DNA of 64,000 bases from Fistulifera solaris. Its lineage: Eukaryota. Positions 50,233-60,053 of the stretch are shown here, piece after piece (position 1 is the first letter of the stretch; every line of letters starts with the position of its first letter). Where the stretch lies: positions 62,001-126,000 of the forward strand of contig AP026156.1 of assembly GCA_030295235.1 (NCBI GenBank). Reading direction: 5' to 3'. The position numbers and the translations under genes are program-made. The notes under the pieces were generated by a model that worked only from the letters and a program-made list of their open reading frames with translations, made no database searches and had not been told where the DNA came from.

Positions 50233-51456
50233 TTATTGCGATGATTCCAAACGCAAATATTCTTGCAATTCCGCCACATCGTCCGCACTTCCCATGAAAC
50301 ACGGATACTTTTGATGCACTCGCTCGGGTGTTATATCCAGCAGCGACTGATCCGCATCCCCCAAAGCCCGACCTCCTGCTTTCTCGACAACGTAGGCCAT
50401 GGGCGCCGACTTGTATAAGAGTTGCAAATTCCCATTCGGGTGATCTTGATTGTCACGGGGATAACAAAAGATACCTCCGTACAACAAAGTGCGATGAATG
50501 TCACCCACCATGCTACCGACATAGCGATGTGCGTAGCGCTGTCCCGTTTGACCACGTCCCGTTTTGATGGTTTGTATGTATTGTCGAAAGGCAGGATCCC
50601 ATCCTTCACTGTTCCCTTCATTGCAACTGTACACATTGCCGCGCGTCGGAACTGTCAAATCCGGATGCGTCAATACAAATTCTTTCGTTTGTGGATCTAG
50701 CGTAAATCCCTGTACCGAATTTCCTATAGCCACGACCATGACGGTCGCCGAAGAATACAAACAATAACCCGCGGCCCGCATGTTTCGCGCGGGTTGTAAG
50801 ACGGCTTGAATGAGTGCTTCTTCTTCGTCACTGGGTTCGGATTGTTCAAAGACACCAAAGACCGTTCCGGTACAAATCGAAGCATCCGCATTCCCACTCC
50901 CATCCAACGGATCCAAGACTGCGACAAACGATCGTTTCTCTTGTTGCAACGACTTGGCAATGAGGACACCGGGTTGATGCGTGGCCGGCGATTCCGAATC
51001 CAACCGCACGGCCGGTTCGACGACTTGACATTTGCCCGTATATTTGAGGGCATTTTTCAAGACCAAGGTCGACAATAGATCCAATCGTTTCATGCTGTAA
51101 TAACGTCCATCGCTATAACTGTCTTTGTTGGAAGTCGGATTCACCAATCCGGCGCGATGCACCAAGGTGGAAATCGTTTTGCAGGCCATTTGGACGGCCA
51201 AATACAAGGACTCGAGGTCCCGCAATTCGGGCTCCTCTTGGACTTTGGCCTGCAAAAATCGATTTAGTGTGACCGGTGGGAGTGTCTGTATTTTTTGTGT
51301 TTGGAGGGGTGTTTCAAACAAGGAATAGTAACGGGCATCGACCGTGTCGGCGGCGAGACATGTGTGTGATAATCGTTGCCGTTGTTGCGGGATCCAGGCC
51401 TCGCTTGTGCAGCAGGCAAGGAAGAAGACGAAGCAGCTGTTGATTGTTGAATGCAT
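50233..51456 (-). CDS. fbp: Plastid-targeted class I fructose-1,6-bisphosphatase-like protein with a divergent active site
   Basis: Intact 407-aa ORF: DPLDGSGN, AAGYCLYSSAT, GFTLDP, YSCNEGN, RYVGSMVGDIHRTLLYGGIFCYP, PMAYVVEKAGG. The leader ...CCTSEA-WIP fits a signal peptide with an aromatic +1 residue. Confidence 0.92.
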   Translation of the reverse strand: MHSTINSCFVFFLACCTSEAWIPQQRQRLSHTCLAADTVDARYYSLFETPLQTQKIQTLPPVTLNRFLQAKVQEEPELRDLESLYLAVQMACKTISTLVHRAGLVNPTSNKDSYSDGRYYSMKRLDLLSTLVLKNALKYTGKCQVVEPAVRLDSESPATHQPGVLIAKSLQQEKRSFVAVLDPLDGSGNADASICTGTVFGVFEQSEPSDEEEALIQAVLQPARNMRAAGYCLYSSATVMVVAIGNSVQGFTLDPQTKEFVLTHPDLTVPTRGNVYSCNEGNSEGWDPAFRQYIQTIKTGRGQTGQRYAHRYVGSMVGDIHRTLLYGGIFCYPRDNQDHPNGNLQLLYKSAPMAYVVEKAGGRALGDADQSLLDITPERVHQKYPCFMGSADDVAELQEYLRLESSQ

Positions 51457-52535
51457 GTTAAGAAAAGAGAAACTGGTAATGCAAAAGGACTGAGAGATCT
51501 TTGCAATGCAACAAAACTGAGGCGACGACGAGAGTGTCGTTTGCGTTTCTTGCTTGACACTCTTACGTTTCGTTGCATACTATGGTAGTACTGACAGGCT
51601 ATCGTACCGTTATTAGATTTACTAACGACATAATCTGCTTTCCCTTGAACAATGAATAGCGGACGATATTCATTCCATTTTCGGTCCTTCATTTTGAAAC
51701 TATCTCAAATAATCTAGTTGTGTGTAGCAAAGGAAAATATTGGCGAGGTGACAATCTGACTCCTCGAACAACCTTGCGAACAACTACTCCGAAATACTGA
51801 CTCATGACTGAAATGCAATCGTGGTCTCCTAAAACCAACACTTTGGGCTTATAGTAAATACGGACAACAACGTTTCGCCGGCTTTTCAACCTACAAATAT
51901 CCAAGCGTGTAAGGCAAAACGCGGTTAAAGACTATTTTATCGCAACAATGACAGATGCAGCGCAAGGATTTGGTAACGTACGAATTGTAGGTAATAATAT
52001 TGTCGCTCGAGAGAATATCGAAATACGGACAACACATTGATCCATAGTAAAATACGGGTGGCAACGCTCAAGCATTTCGACGTAAAATATCAATGCGTGT
52101 GAAGCTACGAAAGACTATTTCATCCGCATTTCAGGAAAATTAGGAATAAATATGATACACTCTAGTGCTTTTTCAATAAGTTCAAAAAAAATTTCATTGA
52201 AGTAACGACAAAGAGCTCACTAAAAACGGCGAACGAACGAATTGTCGTTAACATTGTCGCCCGCAATGAAAATTAAATCATGACTGAATTACAGTCGTGG
52301 TCACACTTTGGGCTATAGTAAATGTGGTTTTCCTTACTTTGAGGCCGACGGAATTTCTGAGGCTCACAGTAACCATTGTACCTGTAGAATGTAGAATGCA
52401 CCGTTCGCGGCAAAACGCATTGCGATGCGATGCGAAAGATCTTCGAAACGACCCATGACACGCAAAGGAAATCATCGTGTGGCTTGAATCGCCCTTCTCA
52501 TTATTTTCTATTAATTCTTTCTACTTTGAGGCGTC

Positions 52536-53293
52536 ATGAGTCACAACAATCGGCGTCGAATGAATTCAGAAGAAGAACCGTTGATGGTAGAGTTGACCCG
52601 CAATTACTGGACGTTTCACAAAATTAAGAGAAAGCATCAACATCCTTCCTTTCCTTCGTCGTATAGGTATTTGGTAATCATATTAGCTGCTATTCTTGTG
52701 GGAATGTCATGGAATCATCCACATCAATTACAAAATACCGACAAAGAGATGATTTGGGATTACAATGCCTATCATCTCAATGCTTCTTCCTCCGTGCTCC
52801 TGGCGCAACAAGACGATCGCGAAACCGATCAGACGAGTTTGCCCATTCGTGCGTACGCACGACAGCGAGGAATGAATTATGTTCGATTTCAAAATGGTCA
52901 GCAACTTCAGGATTTGCTGCAATTGCCCTACCAAGTGATTGCCTTTTTCCGGCGAATGCGGTGTTGATTCATTTAGATCGTTCTCTGGAGGAATTGTTAC
53001 CCACGCAAGATCAAGTCATGACGGTCGGAACGACGACCGGATTCTTTGCGGTTCGCGTACGACATCCCGACATCGTGCCGGTGCAGCGAGCAGAATCCCT
53101 TTCCTCTCTGCGTTCCTTTTGGTTGTCGCAGGTCACCCAGGTTACGTATTTACCGGAACAAGCCGATGGATTTGTCGGCTCCAATCGTCTCTTACAATGT
53201 ATACCGCGTCAAATGCCCGAGTACGAAATGGTTGTGTCGACGACTGTGGCTTCGGTGTGTTATCGCTATTATCCAAAATGTGATGTATTGTAA
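52536..53293 (+). CDS. Hypothetical type II membrane protein, weakly GT34 (GMA12/MNN10)-like; one apparent frameshift
   Basis: TM YLVIILAAILVGMSW; IRAYARQRGMNY...YQVIAFF-PANAVLIHLDRSLEELLP...TTGFFAVR. One T added at 52944-52948 joins the two ORFs. Confidence 0.5.
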
Positions 53294-53349
53294 CAATAGA
53301 TAAAAGCTTCTGTATCATTTAAACCGCCAAATTGCATACTTTTCACTCA

Positions 53350-54201
53350 TTACAGGCGCGCTTGTACCCATTCGACCAAATCGTGTTCGATTTGATCCAA
53401 CAATGGCCTCGTTTCACACAACAATCCATGCAGCGCCCCCGGATATCGTTTCAGGGTCTTGTCGGGGCACTCGGCGGCGGCAAACAGTCGTTCGGCCCCT
53501 TCATTTTGCACAATGACATCTTCATCGGCCAACAAGATCAACAGGGGGGCGGTTGGCGCCACAGCCGAGACCCGTTTCGTCAATTGCACGCACGTATTGG
53601 CCGATCCGACACGAATGGTGTTGGTTTTGGGCACCAACGGATCGTCTTCACATTCCTGTCGCTTCGCAGGATCGCGGTATTGTAGATCCGCCGAGGTGGA
53701 TTTGGAGGGAATACAGGAAAGGGTCGGTAGTACTGCGGCCAAGCCCTGTAACACGACTTGTTCGAAGGACGACACGGACAATTGCAACATGGGCGCCAAC
53801 AAAATGACACCGCCCGTCACCGAGATTTGCTGTGACACACCCAAGGCGATGGCTCCACCCATACTGGATCCCACTAGAAAGAACTTTTTGGGCAAATACT
53901 TGTTTTGAACGTACTGTGTGACGGCGACAGCTTCTTGTACGACGGCTTCCGCACTCGGTAAATATCCCGACAATCCTTCCGAACGTCCGTGTCCTTGCAT
54001 ATCGTACGAAAGGACGCGCAAATTTTGTTTCTGTAAGACTTGTGCAGCATATTTGACCGTGGGATATAAACCATGGGCCAAGAAACCGTGAAACAAAAGT
54101 ACGACGGTGGTCGGTTCCGGAGTTGTTGTCGGATAATGGTGCAAACACAATTGGTGATCGCCGATTGGGATGAATTCCGAACGGATATCGTTCGTCGTCA
54201 T
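53350..54201 (-). CDS. Alpha/beta hydrolase, monoglyceride lipase/lysophospholipase family
   Basis: LLFHG, DMQGHGRSEG, nucleophile GSSMGG, acid residue in LADED, base in GALHGL; intact 283 aa. Confidence 0.92.
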   Translation of the reverse strand: MTTNDIRSEFIPIGDHQLCLHHYPTTTPEPTTVVLLFHGFLAHGLYPTVKYAAQVLQKQNLRVLSYDMQGHGRSEGLSGYLPSAEAVVQEAVAVTQYVQNKYLPKKFFLVGSSMGGAIALGVSQQISVTGGVILLAPMLQLSVSSFEQVVLQGLAAVLPTLSCIPSKSTSADLQYRDPAKRQECEDDPLVPKTNTIRVGSANTCVQLTKRVSAVAPTAPLLILLADEDVIVQNEGAERLFAAAECPDKTLKRYPGALHGLLCETRPLLDQIEHDLVEWVQARL

Positions 54202-55822
54202 TGTCGAAGAAGAGTCGAAACGAGAGAAAAGAAGAGAATGCCTTGCTGTGATGTTTCTTTACTGAGTTATACTTGCAGTAAAGAAAGATGAAGATTTCAG
54301 CAACTGCAAAGCATCCCTTTGCTTTCATTCAACATGCAACCAAATGGTTCATGCAATCTCTTGTGTCATTTTTTGGTTTGTTCCGTCGGCGTTGTACTAT
54401 AGCTCCAATGTGTAGTTCAATTCTCGAACGACTGGATCTCAGTCACGGGCTAACGTTGGTTTTGGATCGTTCGTTCCTCTTGGTCGTCTTTCGGTTTCCG
54501 GATGTGCAACAAGAGGAAATCCAGTCCTATAAAATATTTGTCAAAATGATGATGCAATATACAATGGCAACAAACCCCTTGATAGATCGACGGTGAGTCG
54601 AAAGAGGGGTTCTCCCGAGAGAATAATCAGGGATTGATAGAGACGAGCGAAACAATGTCGCAGATTGAACACCTCAAATCATATTTGTAAGACCAAGCGA
54701 GTCAGCAATCGTTACTGTTTGGGAGGAATCTTATTCGACTGCTGTATGCAGGATCGACCGCATTGCCAGCGGCTGCTTTGATCCACACAAAGAAAAGCTT
54801 TGCGTGGAGGCCCTTCACATGATCATCACGCGATCATCACTGACCCTTCATGCAAGACTAATTGAGACGAATTGAGAGAAATAACCTTAGCTAAGATGGG
54901 ACCAAAATAATAATCTGGAGAGTACGATTCAAACGGTCAAGTGTCAAGTGTCAAGTCCTCATAAAAAATGACTTAAGCCTTACGCCTTTTCGACTTTCTT
55001 GATCATTATCGGCTAAAGTGGCTATTGTAATCGATCAGTATTCGCAAAGAGTAGGGCGAACATCCCCAGTAATCGGACCTGTTTCCCGTTTCCTTTGGCT
55101 TTCTTATTGCATTAAGGGCGTTTATAAGAAGTATTTGGTTCACTTGGAACTTTTAATCTTGGTTCATTCACTAGACTACTATTCCTTACAGTAAGTAAAT
55201 TAGAAATTTGAATAAGGTACAGAAAACAGAAGTTCACCTTGAAAACCACCGCGTAGACGTGCACCACGTATCCGTCACAGCAACCAGTATGTTGTACGTT
55301 TTCTATTGAAACTTCAAGACGAAACGCTGGAGTAGAAACTTCAAGTTCAAGTTCAATGAGGGGCCGTTTCCAGCTAAGTATTATCTCATGGATCATCTGG
55401 TGGATGCATTTTTAGATTTAAGTTTGTTGTACCTTAAGTTTTATTGTACGTTTTAAGTTCAACTTGAAGTCGTGATTTTCCCTTCGAGATGTCGCGAACC
55501 GCGAGACCTCCTGTAAAATTTTGGCAAGATAGTTGAAAAACTCGCCCGGAAGTTCGCGTTTGTTGCCTTTCTCTTCGACGCCACCAGGACGGAGATGAAG
55601 AGAAGTACTTTCTTCGAGCGCTATCTTGGCCTCGTGCAGCCCTTGGTAGAAGTGCGAACCAGGAAAAACCCATCGATGCACCAATACGTATAGCCGTTTC
55701 AGCGAATAGGCACTACTTTTGGTTAGAAGAAGGCCGAAAGAGCAGTCTCGTGTATATCAGCAAAACGCAAAAAAGAAACATCTCCTTTAGAGTCAATCTA
55801 GTATAACCATCCATCAGTAACG

Positions 55823-56416
55823 ATGGAGCAATCATCCTCTCGAGTACGAAAGCATGGACTCTGGTCGGATTCAGCTTCTGCTACATCCAATTCATCCTTA
55901 CTATCGTCCTTATCTACCGAGCCCAGTGAAACTTCGCTTCCCTTACTATTAATAGACGGACCGCAGCGTGATGATGTAGTATCATTCGACAATGAAAGCT
56001 TTTCACCGTACGAACCTTCCGATTGGAACGAAGATATACCGAAACCCATTCCACTGAAACGTACACTGCATGAATTAGAGGAAGCCATTCAACAATACGG
56101 CCCCAATCACGTCAAGGTGGCTTCCTTATGGAGTGCACTCGGGTTGATTCGACATCACATGCAACACTTGACGGCTGCCGCCGTGAAATGTCACCGCGCC
56201 GCCATTGATATTTATCGTCAACACGACAACTGTAAGGTCGATTTGGCGGTCGCCTTGACGGATCTGGGGCGGTGTTATGAGTATCTTCACGAATCGGACA
56301 AGAGCGTACTCTTGTACCGAGAAGCAGCAGCTACTTTAGAATCGGAACCCACACACCAGCAGAGTTGTTTTTTGCAGTCAGTCAAACGAGCTCAGGCGCG
56401 TTTGGAGCGTCGTTGA
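55823..56416 (+). CDS. TPR-repeat protein (kinesin-light-chain-like TPRs)
   Basis: YGPNHVKVASLWSALGLI...AVKCHRAAIDIY and LAVALTDLGRCY...LYREA, after a Ser-rich N-terminus. Confidence 0.75.
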   Translation: MEQSSSRVRKHGLWSDSASATSNSSLLSSLSTEPSETSLPLLLIDGPQRDDVVSFDNESFSPYEPSDWNEDIPKPIPLKRTLHELEEAIQQYGPNHVKVASLWSALGLIRHHMQHLTAAAVKCHRAAIDIYRQHDNCKVDLAVALTDLGRCYEYLHESDKSVLLYREAAATLESEPTHQQSCFLQSVKRAQARLERR

Positions 56417-56653
56417 GTCCTTTTTCGGGTATCTTTCTCTTTTTTCCGTATCAACTACACACAATCTGCAGTTTTCCTCCAGCGAAAAAGGAATTTCTAT
56501 TGATCAAAATACTATTCATCTTGCACAAAGTAAAGCACGCCAAGCTTAATCACTTTTTAGAATAGATCATTATCACTTTATTTTGTTTCTAGCTGAATCA
56601 TCTAAGCTCGGCACTTTCTAAGTTACAACTCTTATTCATGAATTTCCGTCTCT

Positions 56654-57479
56654 CTAGCAGTTATCATCATGATACACCCAATCCTTTTGATATTGCCCCG
56701 GCTTGTTGTGTGCATGTGCGGCGTTGTCCATCGGCATGACCTTTTTGGGCGTCGAAGCGAGCATGGAAAGGATACTGATCGCAATCGATTGTGCGGTCAT
56801 GGTGGGTCTCCAGTCTTTGCCGAGCAGGGACAAACATATATCTCCGTTCGTATAAAAATGGGGGCCTCTGTGTACGGAATAGTGATGCAATTGTAAGACA
56901 ATTATCACAACCGATTCCATGACCCGTTCTGTTACTTACACAGGCAAATGCGGCGGCAAGAAATAGACACTGGGGGGTACGACTGGATATTGCGGCGGAA
57001 AGGATATGCGCAAACGAAAGGTCTCTCCTTGATAAATACCCGGTCCTTCCACTGTAACAATCCACACCCGCAAATTTTTTCCGACTTGCACAGAAAGACC
57101 GGGTGGAGGATCTTTAATGAATTCTTTCAGTTCGCGTTGGATGCGATAATTGGGATTTGTTGATTGAATGGGACGGGCGAGGTGTTCTTTGGCTTGTTTC
57201 GATGTTTTGGGCTTTTTTCGTTTGATTGGTTTTTTGGGTTCTACTGGTGTTTCTTCTTCATCCTTGGTAATTTTTTCTCCATCATCGTCCTCTGTCGCTG
57301 ATTCACTACTTTCCGCCTCGGCTCCTCCCTCGCAGAATCGTTACAGTATTCGGAGAGGGATGTCTCGATGCAGACTCAACCGCAAACGCACCATGAAGAG
57401 AAGGAGCGCGCGAGAAAAAGGGTGCCGCCGACACCACCGATAGCCATACGATCAGTAAGAACGCGTTCGTTGGGCTCAT
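56654..57479 (-). CDS. UBE2W: UBE2W-like ubiquitin-conjugating enzyme with an N-terminal signal peptide/leader; one intron, one apparent frameshift
   Basis: NYRIQRELKEF..DPP, WIVTVEGPGIYQGETFRLRISFPPQYPVVPPSVYF, intron 56868-56939, PHFYTNGDICLSLLGKDWRP, and the UBE2W-type end WVYHDDNC. ATG 57479; one extra G at 57327-57329. Confidence 0.88.
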
Positions 57480-58146
57480 TCTTGGCTGAACTTGTTGCTG
57501 ATCGTTTGCTTAATGCGAACTTAATGAGATTATTGATCAAAATGGAAGGTATTTAGTTAAGTTGTAAAGAGATGGGGTGTTGTTTTTGATGCTATTCATG
57601 TTGTGGTTCGGACGAGGTTTTGACGTTCACCACGTTCAACGTGGAAGAGAACACTCGTGAATAACGCTCAAAAATAAGTCCGGGACTGAGTTTCAATGAT
57701 CGTCACTCGACGCTCGACACTTTGTACCACAGTCAAAAAAGAAGGAGGGAAATCTTCAAAATGTCGTAGTATCAGCCATCACTACGAAGTCGAGTACCGC
57801 TATCACGTCATTCTGAGCCGACGTCCGCATGACGCTGCGGCTCGATGCGAATTTATTTGTTGCAGCGCAAATCCTTGCATTTCCAACACTTCTTCGGACA
57901 AAGAGTCATTATCGTTCAATAGGGTAAGTACGGCAATGTGATGAAAGAATTCTGGAAAATGTATGGAAAGAGAGGGCGGCGAGGAGAAGAGACGAAAGAA
58001 TAAAATGAGCAGTCATTTGACAGGACAGCGACAACAGCGGATTATTACTTGCTGACTATATTGAAAGAATCCGAAAGAAATCACCACCAACTCACTCTTT
58101 GCTCTTGCATTACTTGCTAGAATCTTGGTAATCTTCAATTGTCATC

Positions 58147-58539
58147 ATGTCTTCGATTAGCAAGGTACGTGAAAAGAAAGCAATTTACGAACGAAAGAGA
58201 AGTTTACAAATTTTGTAACTCACACACTCCCAACAGGTCTTTACGGAACAACCACCGGAACTGAACAAGGAAGAAAAGGCCCGATTGAACATGATCGCCG
58301 CCGCTCGTACCACTCCCCGCGATGACCGTTTCCCTCACACCAACCAAGCCTTGCATTGCTGGAATCGTTACAACGAGTGGATCGTCTGTGCCCAACAGGG
58401 CAGTGAAGACGATTGCAAGCCGTTGCGTCAATACGCGGATTCGATCTGTCCCGGTGCCTGGTTGGAGAGTTGGGATGAACAGCGAGAGGCCGGTAGTTTC
58501 GGTGGTGTCGGTAGTCGATTCGATCACAAGGCCCATTAA
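58147..58539 (+). CDS. COX6B: Cytochrome c oxidase subunit 6B
   Basis: TTPRDDRFPHTNQALHCWNRYNEW..C.......C........ICPGAWLESWDEQREAGSF. Exon 1 58147-58164; intron 58165-58236, in frame. Confidence 0.95.
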
Positions 58540-58799
58540 TTGTTGAAGTACATTCGATTCGGAATGAATAATAATTTAAAAAAGTATAATTGATTGGCGA
58601 TTGGTAATTTTTGCTTCCTGTTTGCTTTTAGCGTAGACTAGATCGAACGATATAAATACTCAGTATTGAGATAGACCTTCACCTAGCATTCGTGTTGATG
58701 GACAGACGGTCGCGGTACTTACAAGGCGGCGCGATGCTTGAAGATTTTTTCGAAATCCTTTTTCTCATAAAAAATTCATTTTTGCCGTCAACTCTTACC

Positions 58800-59778
58800 A
58801 TGAAGACTCTCCTTTTGTTTCTTCTCTACTGGAATCTTTCCGAAGCCTTGTCACCACGAACGGTGGCGGTCATTGGCCCTACTGGACGTTTGGGACGCCA
58901 AATCGTGCAGGAATTGTCCACCCAAGGCATCTCGACACGTTGTTTGTTGCGACACGAAATTCCTGCCTCTACTTCCATAAAATCTCTCGAGGAAGCACAA
59001 TCTTCCGCTGAAATTGCCGCGTACTTGCAATCGTTGCCAAATGTGACTTTCGTGAAAGGTGATTTGAGCGATGTGTCATCGCTGCGACGCCTTTTGGAAG
59101 GATGCGATGCCTGCGTTGCGGCACACGGTGCGCCGGCCCCCAAACCGTTTTGGCGTTCTTTGATTCTGCCAAATATCTTCTATTCGGAAACATTACCGCA
59201 ACATCCCAAGCAGGTCAATTATCAAGGATTGAAAAATGTACTGCAGGTCATGAACGAAACTTCTTGCAAGACGATCGTCCGCATTACCGGCAAAGGGGAA
59301 TCACCGTGGTCCTTCTTTTCCATTCTCATCAATGCCCTGGGTGCCTTGGCCAAGGCGTGGAATTATGAAGGAGAGCAGTTGTTGCGCAGCAGCGGGATGG
59401 ATTATATCATCATTCGACCCGGTGTTATGAAAGATTCGGTGGAAGAGAATACTCGATACGGATTACGCGACAATGGTGAAGATATGAAAGTGACGTCCGT
59501 TTCCTACCACCAAATTGCCGCATTGGCCATTCAAAGTTTGGAGTACTCGAATTGTCGCCGCGCGACTCTGACGGCCATGAACGATGCTGATGGAGGGGGA
59601 AACCTCGTATGCGCCCTTGTTGGCCCGAGTCCAACCCGATCGGCGTGTCTTTCCAGTTTCGTTACTCGAAGAACACCGCAAGGCGGCACGTGTCGGTGGA
59701 TTGACGATTGTCACAGTCTTGGTGTGGATGGCACAAGCCACTGTGAAAGTGGTTCTCCATTTGGTGGGAAGCTTCTAG
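58800..59778 (+). CDS. Atypical SDR / NAD(P)H-binding Rossmann protein with signal peptide; one apparent frameshift
   Basis: VAVIGPTGRLGR, VKGD, VNYQG, GEQLLRSSGMDYIIIRPG; leader MKTLLLFLLYWNLSEA-L. The frameshift in the G run near 59595 leads to a C-terminal hydrophobic segment. Confidence 0.85.
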
Positions 59779-60053
59779 ATGTGACACCCTAGCTTCAAAA
59801 TCAGTCACTAGTCGCACTATGGCATTTCAGTACCGCTACGATCTCTCTTCGAACGCGGGAAAGCCGGCCTGCGCGCACATTTGTGTTTTTCCCTCCACAT
59901 CAAAAAAGACGCAACAACGCAAAAACAAACTCATCATTGCTCGTCGATAACATTCATCGCACCATACGAACTACCATTTGAATAATAAGAAGTTATTGCC
60001 ATCTAAGTAGCCAGTACATCACTTTGTGAGACGTTTGTTTGCTTTGCGTCAGA

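Noticed and set aside
54300..55750. Possible transposon remnant, including (GTCAAGT)x3 at about 54936-54956
   Set aside because: No transposase or RT motifs, terminal repeats or target-site duplications could be identified.
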